A stretch of 64,000 nt of DNA, taken from positions 1 to 64,000 of IMG/VR virus record IMGVR_UViG_3300049215_000223. One strand, given 5' to 3'. This stretch comes from a virus. This document shows positions 37,936 to 47,202 of the stretch, piece after piece. A program made the translations under genes and the position numbers. The number at the start of each line of letters is the position of its first letter. Position 1 is the first letter of the stretch. A model generated the notes under the pieces. The model was not told the origin of the DNA and made no database searches. It worked only from the letters and a program-made list of their open reading frames with translations.

Positions 37936-38270
37936 GCGAATGTTAACAAGGTTTGGAGTTTTTCTTTTACATTTTGCGGATTGACTCCCTGGATTAGTTC
38001 TGAGATTTCCAAGATAGGAGGCTTATACATGTCGAGCCCATTGAAGAGTCCAGTCTCACTATGTAATGCTCTGACTCTAGTTTTATTTTGGGTAAACAGT
38101 AGTTCTATAATATACATGGTGTTGGGTTTTCTGACAGAGAACGACATAGCCTCTAGTGATTCGGGACCTTCTTTAAACTCGACGCAGCATACGGCACATC
38201 TCCACCAATCACCAGGTTGGATGGTTATTTTAATACAGCGCCCGGAGCAGAAATAGCAATAGTAGTTCAT
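37932..38270 (-). CDS. Array member 9
   Basis: CYFC...VNPQNVKEKLQTLLTFA. Confidence 0.85.
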   Translation of the reverse strand: MNYYCYFCSGRCIKITIQPGDWWRCAVCCVEFKEGPESLEAMSFSVRKPNTMYIIELLFTQNKTRVRALHSETGLFNGLDMYKPPILEISELIQGVNPQNVKEKLQTLLTFA

Positions 38271-38629
38271 GAAAATGTAATTATTGTTTTGATTCTTTTA
38301 GGAGAGATTAATGTGGAAGTAAGATTATCAAACTGTTGCAGTGGCATATCATAAATCTTGCTATACCCCGAGGCGTCTCGTCTTTCCAACCAAACAGCTG
38401 TATAGTCCATTTCGAAAAAAGAAGTTAACGAAATTATTCTATCATCATAGAAATATGCAACTTCAGCATAAGACATTCCTGTTTTAGGACGAAACTCAAA
38501 CCAAGACTCAGGAATTGAATGTTCTCTAAGTTTACTAACTATTTCTTTATTACAGTAGTATATTTGTTTCTGAGCATCTGAATGATGAAGTTGTAATATA
38601 CTTTGACAGATGGGGCACTTATAACTCAT
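38267..38629 (-). CDS. Array member 10
   Basis: CPIC...RIKTIITFS. Confidence 0.85.
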   Translation of the reverse strand: MSYKCPICQSILQLHHSDAQKQIYYCNKEIVSKLREHSIPESWFEFRPKTGMSYAEVAYFYDDRIISLTSFFEMDYTAVWLERRDASGYSKIYDMPLQQFDNLTSTLISPKRIKTIITFS

Positions 38630-38943
38630 AGGAATGTTAGGATAGTTGTGATTTTAGATTCAATATTTTTAGGATTAATATTGGGGGCTGGATTAAAATG
38701 ATGGATGTTCTGACCCTTTTCATCTATCAAATCAGCTTTATCAGCTTCGGGGAAAATATGAAGTATATATTTTTTACCTCTAATAAGAGTCCACAGTTCA
38801 ATAGTATATGCTGTAATTTGTCTATTAACACGAAATGTAGATCGGCAAGACGTACAACCCCAATATATATTATTACCTGACATTTTACCTATTTGGCATC
38901 GGCGCTTACAAAAATAACAAATATAAAATAATGATTCGCTCAT
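38626..38943 (-). CDS. Array member 11
   Basis: CYFC...NINPKNIESKITTILTFL. Confidence 0.85.
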   Translation of the reverse strand: MSESLFYICYFCKRRCQIGKMSGNNIYWGCTSCRSTFRVNRQITAYTIELWTLIRGKKYILHIFPEADKADLIDEKGQNIHHFNPAPNINPKNIESKITTILTFL

Positions 38944-39251
38944 AGGAAAGTTAAGTACAGTTTAATTTTTTCTTCTACATTGCTTGGAGTAATATTGGGT
39001 GGAATAAATGGAAGACGAACAACCGAATCATGAATATATCCGGGACCACATATTTCAGAGCATTTATACTCTAAGTCTATAACAAAAGAATATCCAGGCT
39101 GATTGCCTTTCTTACCAAGTTTACAATCCATGAATACCCATTTAATAACATCCTGTTCAAGTTGGTATTCTACATTGCAATCGAAGCATTTACGACGAAT
39201 AGCGGAGCCGTAAAACTGTGGGAGCATGTTATTGCAATATAAGCAGTTCAT
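38940..39251 (-). CDS. Array member 12
   Basis: MNCLYC...NITPSNVEEKIKLYLTFL. Confidence 0.85.
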   Translation of the reverse strand: MNCLYCNNMLPQFYGSAIRRKCFDCNVEYQLEQDVIKWVFMDCKLGKKGNQPGYSFVIDLEYKCSEICGPGYIHDSVVRLPFIPPNITPSNVEEKIKLYLTFL

Positions 39252-39607
39252 AGGAAATAAGCTAGTGTTTGTAGCTTCCTATCTAAATCTTCTAAATTAA
39301 AAATATCTATTTTCTTAGTTGGCAGTTTAATGAGTGTGGAAGCAACGCCGCCATAGCGCTTTAATATTTGTCTGGAATAGATATGAGCTTCGTTAGGGAA
39401 CGAGGAATTTTGGAAGTAAGTGTATACATTAAAATTTTTAGTAGAGAACCGCAAATAACTTAATTCTGGCTCATCAAAAGCATCCTTGAAATACTGCGAG
39501 TATTCAGTTGCACAATACCCACTACAATATTCATAATACAATCTGCCCTGCAAAGGTGGACGATGGATAGCTCCATTACAATAGGGGCAATGAATAAATG
39601 GTTTCAT
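39248..39607 (-). CDS. Array member 13
   Basis: CPYC...RKLQTLAYFL. Confidence 0.85.
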   Translation of the reverse strand: MKPFIHCPYCNGAIHRPPLQGRLYYEYCSGYCATEYSQYFKDAFDEPELSYLRFSTKNFNVYTYFQNSSFPNEAHIYSRQILKRYGGVASTLIKLPTKKIDIFNLEDLDRKLQTLAYFL

Positions 39608-39972
39608 GAGAACGTTAGATAGACAGGTAATTTAGACTCTACATTTTCTGGTGTAATATCGGGGTGAAAGTCTAAGGTAAAAATAGTTTCGCTGGGTTTC
39701 CTATTATCGAATGGAATCTTAGCGATGGAAAATTTGGGGTGAGTTGGATCTAACTTGCCGTGGTAGAAGTTGACACGGTAATTTGTTTCTTTGAAGCGGC
39801 AGATCAAAGATGTCCATGTATAGCTAGTAACATCGCCAAGAGCCATCGCAATAAATTGTACCCTTACTGAACCATGATAATCGCACTGATAGGCAGGAAA
39901 ATTCATTCTTCCCCCAGGTCTATCGTTGGTTGCAGTTTTACGACACTCAGTTTGGCAATATGTACATTTCAT
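39604..39972 (-). CDS. Array member 14
   Basis: MKCTYC...DITPENVESKLPVYLTFS. Confidence 0.85.
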   Translation of the reverse strand: MKCTYCQTECRKTATNDRPGGRMNFPAYQCDYHGSVRVQFIAMALGDVTSYTWTSLICRFKETNYRVNFYHGKLDPTHPKFSIAKIPFDNRKPSETIFTLDFHPDITPENVESKLPVYLTFS

Positions 39973-39973
39973 G

Positions 39974-40303
39974 TTAGCTAAATATTAGATAGGTTTTAAT
40001 TTTGTTTTCTATATTTTGAGGAGTGATATGATCTGGTATAAAATTTAGTGAGAAGATTAAATCTCCAAACCACATAGACATAAAATCATCTCTTATCCAT
40101 TCTAGGATTTCAAACTTATTACTTACAATATGTAATCTGGCATCGTAATCTTTATTATTAATAGTTCTTCTAAATAGAATTAAATCATAAACATTATCTT
40201 TCTTTCGAAAGTAACAATTACAAGATTGGCACGTCCAATGTTCTTCCTGAGAAATATTCCACTCATACTGTGTACAAGATGTATTACAATAACTACAGAT
40301 CAT
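39974..40303 (-). CDS. Array member 15
   Basis: MICSYC...ITPQNIENKIKTYLIFS. Confidence 0.85.
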   Translation of the reverse strand: MICSYCNTSCTQYEWNISQEEHWTCQSCNCYFRKKDNVYDLILFRRTINNKDYDARLHIVSNKFEILEWIRDDFMSMWFGDLIFSLNFIPDHITPQNIENKIKTYLIFS

Positions 40304-40632
40304 GAGAAGTTGATATACGTTCTTATTTTATCGGCAACATTTTGTGGAGTAACACCAATTAAAATATATGGGAATGACACTACAATAATAAGGGTTCCCT
40401 CGGGATCTTCTGGGTAAGCAACTATTCTAGATTCACCACTATCGTACATTAGTTGTAGACTATAAAGATGATTCTTTACCCGTGCATCTAAACAAACAAC
40501 ATTCACGTCGCCATTATAGTGAATTTGATAATGAGCCATACAATCTTCACAATACCACCAATCATCAACTAAATCAGCCTCATCTCTGTCCATGCAGTTT
40601 TTATTGCAAAAACTGCAAATTGGTGTAGTCAT
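40300..40632 (-). CDS. Array member 16
   Basis: CSFC...VTPQNVADKIRTYINFS. Confidence 0.85.
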   Translation of the reverse strand: MTTPICSFCNKNCMDRDEADLVDDWWYCEDCMAHYQIHYNGDVNVVCLDARVKNHLYSLQLMYDSGESRIVAYPEDPEGTLIIVVSFPYILIGVTPQNVADKIRTYINFS

Positions 40633-41069
40633 GTGAACACCGTCAGATTCATAAGACGGTTGAATAGTTTCTGCGCTTCTGTGTGCATATCATTGTCAGT
40701 TGAGATTGGTATAAATTTGACGCTAATAATAGGGGATACGAGATTTTTAGCCGTCCAGCTTGAAGGGATCATGTACCCATCCATCGTACTGAACGAAGGG
40801 CTAGCTTTCCCTGTAAGTTGATGTATTCTAGTACATTGTTTGCCTTCCATAGCAAACCAATTATTTTTAACTTTGAAAGGCAGATGGTAATTCCAGCACT
40901 GCCACCTTTCACTCTCACGGACCAAGACTCCCATATGAGGAGTGTACGCTACTTTACGGGCTGGGCAATCAATGTTCCAGCAATGCAAGTCCATGCGTTT
41001 AGTTGTTTCATTAAACTTATTTATCTCACTGCGATTATACATTACTGAGAAACAAGATGGACAGTTCAT
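40629..41069 (-). CDS. Array member 17
   Basis: MNCPSC...RLMNLTVFT. Confidence 0.8.
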   Translation of the reverse strand: MNCPSCFSVMYNRSEINKFNETTKRMDLHCWNIDCPARKVAYTPHMGVLVRESERWQCWNYHLPFKVKNNWFAMEGKQCTRIHQLTGKASPSFSTMDGYMIPSSWTAKNLVSPIISVKFIPISTDNDMHTEAQKLFNRLMNLTVFT

Positions 41070-41434
41070 AGGAAGACCTTTAGATTCAAAATTCTTCTAA
41101 CCAAATTCTCATAGAAAGAAATGTCATCGGCAACTGGGTAAAATTGATTATCAAGTGTTATGCATTGATTTGCGCTCTGCCCTGGTTGCCATATTTCTGA
41201 ATAAGACCAACCATCATTATAACTAGTGAAATCATAGCTTTTGCCATCTACTACAATATTAATTTCATAGTCATTAATACGCTGGCTAGGATATTCTGCA
41301 AATCCCCAGAATCTAGTATTCTCTCCATCATCTAGACAGTAAGGGTTTTGACATTCCACTTCATAATACCTAGGACCTCCCTTAGGCTCTCGTTCTTTGA
41401 ATGTAAGTGGAGTTAGGCAGACGGGGCAGTTCAT
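41066..41434 (-). CDS. Array member 18
   Basis: MNCPVC...RILNLKVFL. Confidence 0.8.
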   Translation of the reverse strand: MNCPVCLTPLTFKEREPKGGPRYYEVECQNPYCLDDGENTRFWGFAEYPSQRINDYEINIVVDGKSYDFTSYNDGWSYSEIWQPGQSANQCITLDNQFYPVADDISFYENLVRRILNLKVFL

Positions 41435-41775
41435 AGGAAAGTTAGTATAGTTGATAGTTTATGTACGACGTTGGATGGAGTGACGTTGGGAATGGTAGGC
41501 AACTCAAGCACGACTCTTTGAGTAAATTGTGCATCATCTGCTTGTAAAATTTCAGTGATACGACATTCCTGACCAGGATATAACAATTGAACTGAATATC
41601 TATTGTTACTTATTGATACTGCCAAACAAATCATACTTAGTTCTTGAGTCTTAACATCTACAGTATGACGAACCATAACTGGACATTTATGACATTTCCA
41701 AACCTCAAGAAATTGGGACAGATTGTCTTCTAGTTGTGCCAGCTCGCATGGTTGTTGGCAGAAGTGACAGTTCAC
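41431..41775 (-). CDS. Array member 19
   Basis: MNCHFC...NVTPSNVVHKLSTILTFL. Confidence 0.85.
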   Translation of the reverse strand: MNCHFCQQPCELAQLEDNLSQFLEVWKCHKCPVMVRHTVDVKTQELSMICLAVSISNNRYSVQLLYPGQECRITEILQADDAQFTQRVVLELPTIPNVTPSNVVHKLSTILTFL

Positions 41776-42173
41776 GAGAACACCAGTAGCATTCTTATTT
41801 TAGCCTCAACATTCTGTGGCGTCATCTCAGGAAAGATATCTCCCTTGTCAGCATCAAACTGCCTAATGCACTGTAAGTCCTTATTGACTTTCTCACCAGG
41901 AATACCGGGATCTCCGATATACCAGAGCGAAGCAATCTTCCTATCAGGAGTGCAGCTCCATCGATACGTCTCTCCATTAATTTTGGTATAGAGATTGATT
42001 CCGCTTATATTTCCGCTTTGATAATGTAGATATTCAGATTGACAATGATGACAAAAATAAACGCTCATACCATATCTACTTACTTCTTCTAATGGAGCAT
42101 ATGGCGCGGGGCGTCCGCAGAACTTACATGGTTTAGGTAAATGATGCTTTTGAAACTGATTATCATCACTCAT
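41772..42173 (-). CDS. Array member 20
   Basis: CKFC...MTPQNVEAKIRMLLVFS. Confidence 0.85.
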   Translation of the reverse strand: MSDDNQFQKHHLPKPCKFCGRPAPYAPLEEVSRYGMSVYFCHHCQSEYLHYQSGNISGINLYTKINGETYRWSCTPDRKIASLWYIGDPGIPGEKVNKDLQCIRQFDADKGDIFPEMTPQNVEAKIRMLLVFS

Positions 42174-42556
42174 AGGAATATCATTAATTTTTGAAGTCTG
42201 TCCAATAGATTTTCAGAAGTATCAGCTTTAATCCGAGAGGTTTGTATCACAAACTTCCAGGCATTCATCATGGTCTTGTTTGCATATTGGTCATGAATTT
42301 TATAAACTCTAGATTTTGATTCATTTCCAAAATTATCTATTGCATATGGAAGGACATACATATGCTGGATAGCCGCGCGATTATCCGACTCCACTTCATA
42401 GTGATTGATTTCGTGAACGTTGGTAGCCCCTTGCAACTCAACTTTGGTAGGACAAAAGTATACGTTGACTTTTGCCACCTGACGGTACTGTAATACTTTA
42501 CCGCACAGTGGACAGGTCCTAATTTCAAAATTAATCATAGCTGGGGAGGGCTCCAT
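42170..42556 (-). CDS. Array member 21
   Basis: CPLC...RLQKLMIFL. Confidence 0.8.
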   Translation of the reverse strand: MEPSPAMINFEIRTCPLCGKVLQYRQVAKVNVYFCPTKVELQGATNVHEINHYEVESDNRAAIQHMYVLPYAIDNFGNESKSRVYKIHDQYANKTMMNAWKFVIQTSRIKADTSENLLDRLQKLMIFL

Positions 42557-42593
42557 CCTATATTGTATGTCTTTTGAGGCGCAGAGTCAAGGA

Positions 42594-42965
42594 TCACGAG
42601 AACACTAAGTACATCTTTATGCGGTTAACAACCTCTTGTGTATCGTGCCAAGGCAAATAGAGTGCCTTCTCCAACGTTATAAGATGTTTTTCAAATTGAT
42701 TGGGTCCTTCTAACCCATCTCTCCAGTCTGTAGTGCAAATTCTTGTTTTCTTGGCATCTTCAGTATCCCACATGGTTATGTCATATGGTCCAACTTCTAG
42801 AGAGAATATCTCTGGATTATTATTATATGGATTAACCCAAACAGAAGCATGACTAATGTTAACCATAATTTCCAAATCTTCTATCCAAGTTTGTTTTTTA
42901 GGGCATTGGAGAATTTCTTTATTGAAAGTAACTTCCATTAAATTATTACAAATAGGACAATTCAT
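42594..42965 (-). CDS. Array member 22
   Basis: MNCPIC...RIKMYLVFS. Confidence 0.85.
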   Translation of the reverse strand: MNCPICNNLMEVTFNKEILQCPKKQTWIEDLEIMVNISHASVWVNPYNNNPEIFSLEVGPYDITMWDTEDAKKTRICTTDWRDGLEGPNQFEKHLITLEKALYLPWHDTQEVVNRIKMYLVFS

Positions 42966-43291
42966 GAGAACAACATTAGGGTATCTAGTTTATCTTCCAT
43001 CAAATCAAGATTCTTAAAATCAGTTTTAAGAACTCTGTCAATTTTAACTGCATCGTATAACAAACAATAATCTAATTTATAAACAATAGTGTGTAAATCA
43101 TCATAGTTTATTCTAACGTAATACTTACCCAACATAAATTCTTGTCTAGATATTGTGGTTGGATAGTTATTATAGATTGCTATAAAGCGAGCCATATCAC
43201 TCACAGCACAGCCTGATGCCGTACACCAATACGCAGTGTCATTTAGGGCTTGATGAGACATCAGCTTTGCAGCGCAGAAGGGACAATTCAT
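42962..43291 (-). CDS. Array member 23
   Basis: MNCPFC (ATG overlaps GIY-YIG stop)...KLDTLMLFS. Confidence 0.85.
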   Translation of the reverse strand: MNCPFCAAKLMSHQALNDTAYWCTASGCAVSDMARFIAIYNNYPTTISRQEFMLGKYYVRINYDDLHTIVYKLDYCLLYDAVKIDRVLKTDFKNLDLMEDKLDTLMLFS

Positions 43292-43914
43292 TTCCAAATT
43301 TTGCCAGCGACAATAAGACCAATTGTTCTGTGAGATACTCCGTATTTCTCTCCCAATAATCTGTGAGATTGACCACCATTTTTATAATCTAATCTTATGA
43401 AGTTAACAATTTCATAAGTAAGCTTTGCATTTGGGTTATTTTCACCCTGAACTTTTAGAGCAACTGATTTAGATATCTTTTTGGAAGTTTCGATAGATAT
43501 TGTTTTCCCAAAATTTGCATTATTAGCACCAGAATGTGCGAGAGACATTTTTAATTTAGTATCTTTAGATGCGCATTTGCCACGCTTTATCACAGACATT
43601 TTCTTTTTACTTTCTTCTGAATGTTTGCCGTGTGAACCGCCTTCTTTGATATTATAACCAAATTTATTATTTCTGGTTTCTAAAAGATTTATCCAAAAAA
43701 TCTCAGCAATGTCTACCTCCTCCTGAGTTGTAAAATTTTCGATGGGCACAAACTGAAATTTATCTATTCCATATTTTTGCATTGCTAGATAAATGGGATA
43801 TTTGTATCTAGTTGAATTATACTTGTGCCTGCTCCATCTACCAAATGGATTATCTGTCTGACCGACATATAATTTACCGTTTATAATATTTTTGATTATA
43901 TAAATAAAGTGCAT
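43288..43914 (-). mobile_element. GIY-YIG homing endonuclease with NUMOD3-type repeats
   Basis: FIYIIKNIINGKLYVGQT, GYN, HSEESKKKMS repeats, C-terminal HTH. Confidence 0.88.
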
Positions 43915-44279
43915 TAGCTAAAAATTATATAAAGAGATACTACTTCTTTTAATTTGGTTAAATCAGGGAAATCTGGAATTAGCATTTTTGGTATGTCAAT
44001 ATACGATGACTTGCCTTCTTTCATACAATTAATTCTACATTTCTGTAGAACAAAATCTATCTCTAAAAATCTTGAATATTTTGGATTCAAAGATAGCTTC
44101 ATAAAATCTACTTTACCAGTTTCTTCATTAACTTTTAGTTGTAGAGTATGATTCATTCCCCTATTACAGGTACGCTCTTTACAATAGGTTAAAGTTGCTG
44201 AATTTGGTGCTACGGGCTCTAATTTTCTTAAATTACGAAGCTTATTGCCACAGATTGGGCAGGTCAGAGTATCGTCCAT
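43914..44279 (-). CDS. Array member 24
   Basis: CPIC...PDFPDLTKLKEVVSLYIIFS. Confidence 0.85.
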   Translation of the reverse strand: MDDTLTCPICGNKLRNLRKLEPVAPNSATLTYCKERTCNRGMNHTLQLKVNEETGKVDFMKLSLNPKYSRFLEIDFVLQKCRINCMKEGKSSYIDIPKMLIPDFPDLTKLKEVVSLYIIFS

Positions 44280-44351
44280 GTATCAGTATATAACCCACGA
44301 AATCGAGTAATAATGTCGCATCCTTACAATAAAAGAAAAGATAAGGAAAAT

Positions 44352-44747
44352 ATGAAATTATTTGACAGAGTTGAATGGTACTACAAACTGGCACAAGAAA
44401 CCACTTCACCACATCAAATACTTAAATCTGTTATTCAGAATATTATTAAAACCGTCGAGTCACGCCCACATGCTTCTGCAGAAGAGAAGGGCGACCTACT
44501 TAAAGTACTTAAAGAAGCTACCAGTAATGGAGAACCTGATGGTAATGTTGATGCTACCTGGTCTGCAAAATTAGCCAAACTAATGGATCAAGTTAATTCA
44601 TTAAGAGGGGATGAAGATCAAAAGGATCAAGATAAAGTGGGACACGATGTGTTTCATACTTTAGAATACGCCTGGAAACATATAGAGAGTTGTGGGCACA
44701 AAGCACACGTGCAAAAGCCAGTAGGAACCAGTAAGTTAGGAAAATAA
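44352..44747 (+). CDS. Helical hypothetical protein with LxxAxxFxxLA-like N-terminus
   Basis: AAGGA RBS; MKLFDRVEWYYKLAQ. Confidence 0.65.
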   Translation: MKLFDRVEWYYKLAQETTSPHQILKSVIQNIIKTVESRPHASAEEKGDLLKVLKEATSNGEPDGNVDATWSAKLAKLMDQVNSLRGDEDQKDQDKVGHDVFHTLEYAWKHIESCGHKAHVQKPVGTSKLGK

Positions 44748-45125
44748 CGTATAGGTATCTAATTTCTTTTTAAGCAATTCAAGATCATAGAATGGAAGTT
44801 CCAGCAGACTATCTATCTCACATACTGGTTTAGATAATGACATTGGTTCCATATCTGGAGAGTTCTCAAAAATTCCAATCACGTTCTTAAAAATCATTGT
44901 ATAATTACACTTACTACTTATCAAGCTTCTGCGATAGAACAAATTAATATAGTACTCATCAATCCTAAAAGAGTCAGCCAACATATTATTAGAAGCATCA
45001 TACAATCTTCTGTGTAGGGTATTATATTTTGGAAACTGACAGTTTCTACATTCCCTTAATGTGAGCAAATCAGAATTGGTATGACTAGCCCAAACTAATG
45101 GTTGATGGCAAAAAGAGCAGTTCAT
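44736..45125 (-). CDS. Array member 25
   Basis: MNCSFC...KKLDTYTLFS. Confidence 0.85.
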   Translation of the reverse strand: MNCSFCHQPLVWASHTNSDLLTLRECRNCQFPKYNTLHRRLYDASNNMLADSFRIDEYYINLFYRRSLISSKCNYTMIFKNVIGIFENSPDMEPMSLSKPVCEIDSLLELPFYDLELLKKKLDTYTLFS

Positions 45126-45454
45126 GAAAATGTTATGTAAGTTTTTAACTTTTTAATCAAATGTTTATAATCAGAGAAATCAGGTTCAAAATATGGCAAG
45201 TGCTGACCTTCTGTCTTACTAGTATTTCTAATCTCTAGATCTTTAATAAGCGGAGACCATATTACTATTACTCCATGTGTTAATGGAATTGATACCAATG
45301 ATAATTCATCATATGAGTCCATCAGAGAAATATAGTATATTTTGTGATCTAATTTATTGGTACATTCTTTCTGTAAGCAATTACTTTTTTCGGAACCTAA
45401 AAATGAATTGCACAATGGTTCTTTACAGATTGGACAGTTGATTGGCATTTTCAT
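45122..45454 (-). CDS. Array member 26
   Basis: CPIC...PDFSDYKHLIKKLKTYITFS. Confidence 0.85.
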   Translation of the reverse strand: MKMPINCPICKEPLCNSFLGSEKSNCLQKECTNKLDHKIYYISLMDSYDELSLVSIPLTHGVIVIWSPLIKDLEIRNTSKTEGQHLPYFEPDFSDYKHLIKKLKTYITFS

Positions 45455-45517
45455 GATGAATGGATTCCGTATATTTTTTATACATAAGCATGTATAGATT
45501 CAAGAGAAGTTAAGAAG

Positions 45518-45943
45518 ATGAGTGTAGTTAGAAGTAAATTAGAACATAGAACGATACTAGATTTTAGCAAGGGCAAGTTATCCAAGAATTTAGTTAAGAA
45601 CTCGCTGCGACAAGTGGATGTACTAGATTGTGTGTCAGCTCCTGGAGTTCATAAACTGATTGTCAACAGAATAAAAGTTGGCATGTATATGATTCAATTA
45701 TGGTTTTCAGATAGAGACACTTCTAGAAATAGAAGAAAATTAAAAGAGTATGGGAAGTTCAATATTCATATTTATGAAGAATGCGCTTCTGGAGATTACA
45801 GATTGATTAGATTAAACCGTGATGTTAGATTTAATAACCAGTACTGGGCATCACTTAATAAAAAGTCAGGCTTAATGGCTAACTCTCTCACTGATGCAAT
45901 TGTTCATTGTAATAGACTCAGTCGTTTAAAAGCATTCTTATGA
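45518..45943 (+). CDS. Hypothetical protein, paralog of 50199..50741
   Basis: IKVG..IQL, D.RF...W, ends RLSRLKAFL. Confidence 0.7.
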   Translation: MSVVRSKLEHRTILDFSKGKLSKNLVKNSLRQVDVLDCVSAPGVHKLIVNRIKVGMYMIQLWFSDRDTSRNRRKLKEYGKFNIHIYEECASGDYRLIRLNRDVRFNNQYWASLNKKSGLMANSLTDAIVHCNRLSRLKAFL

Positions 45944-46591
45944 AAACATATTGTATATTTTTATCTTATTGATTAGCTGCTCTTTATTGTGAGTATTGGT
46001 TAGATTAACGGCAGGAACACTCAAGTCCATGAGGTCCTCTAGTTTCTGTGTAAAATCAGCGCGGAATATTCTAGATGTGCCAGTGGTAAAGTCCGTGTTA
46101 ATATGGAAGAAAGAGTTATCTAAGCTGAACCCAGCAAACTCACGAAACATCCAACAATTGTAAGTACCATCATCATTAATATTCAGTGCAAATGAATAGA
46201 AGCAAATCTTCTTCTTCAAATTATCAATAGAAGAAAAAACAGATGGCGTATGACTCGTTGCTGCCATAGTCATATTGCTGCTACTGAGACTAGGAGCTGG
46301 AGTACTTGGTTTTATAAGTCGAGTGTCTATATCGTAATTGCAAACGGGACAAGTTTTGCACACAATAAATGGTTTGGCATAAATAGACCAAAATCGGTCA
46401 CCAAGTTCATAGGTGCCATCAAACTTGAAGTTAGCATATACTCTACCCTTAGGTTTGTCTTTGAGGCGGATGCGTAGTTCGTCTGGACTAACGGACAAGC
46501 TCATTCCCACTAACTCTGCACTACCAACAATCATTGGTCGTTGACAGATCAGACACTTATTACGATAGTTTAATAGCTCTTGTAAATTCAT
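45938..46591 (-). CDS. Array member 27 (long class)
   Basis: LLNYRNKCLIC...KIKIYNMFS. Confidence 0.85.
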   Translation of the reverse strand: MNLQELLNYRNKCLICQRPMIVGSAELVGMSLSVSPDELRIRLKDKPKGRVYANFKFDGTYELGDRFWSIYAKPFIVCKTCPVCNYDIDTRLIKPSTPAPSLSSSNMTMAATSHTPSVFSSIDNLKKKICFYSFALNINDDGTYNCWMFREFAGFSLDNSFFHINTDFTTGTSRIFRADFTQKLEDLMDLSVPAVNLTNTHNKEQLINKIKIYNMFS

Positions 46592-47202
46592 GAAAATATC
46601 AAGTAAGTTTTCATCTTGGTGAGAAAATGTTCCTTGTTCCTAAACCTATATCGTGGTAGCAACGGAAGTACGATTGAACCAATAGAATCAGCTCCCCAAT
46701 TATTTTCTAGACTATAATCTTTTTTACCATATGTCAAGGCGCTTTTATTTTCTTTAAAACTAGATGCCATCACATACCAATTGATATTATCACTACAAGA
46801 TAATACTTCATTCTCAATAGGGAATGAGTAAATAAATTCTTTAGTTAAATCAAATCGTAAACACTCACTTTTAATATAAGTAAGACAGCTGCAAAAAGAT
46901 TCTATCCAAATATCATTCTCTGTTAAAAATTTTAATAATCTGGGCTCATCATTTGTTTTAAACTTATTGGTCTTATGAAATATTTTAAGTTTGAGAGTCT
47001 TTTTGTAAGTAATTCTTAAATTCATTTCTACATACTCTGGTGTTACCAGAGGAGTTATCTCTACATTTTTTTCTTCATCAGATTTAGATCCTCTTCCTGT
47101 AGTAATTGATTTTCTAGTTACTATTTTAATAGTAACCGCTTCGCCACAACTGAAACAGGGATTATTATAAGTAATAAAATCTTTAACAGTAAATTTTTTC
47201 AT
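46588..47202 (-). CDS. Array member 28 (long class)
   Basis: FITYNNPCFSC...KMKTYLIFS. Confidence 0.85.
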   Translation of the reverse strand: MKKFTVKDFITYNNPCFSCGEAVTIKIVTRKSITTGRGSKSDEEKNVEITPLVTPEYVEMNLRITYKKTLKLKIFHKTNKFKTNDEPRLLKFLTENDIWIESFCSCLTYIKSECLRFDLTKEFIYSFPIENEVLSCSDNINWYVMASSFKENKSALTYGKKDYSLENNWGADSIGSIVLPLLPRYRFRNKEHFLTKMKTYLIFS

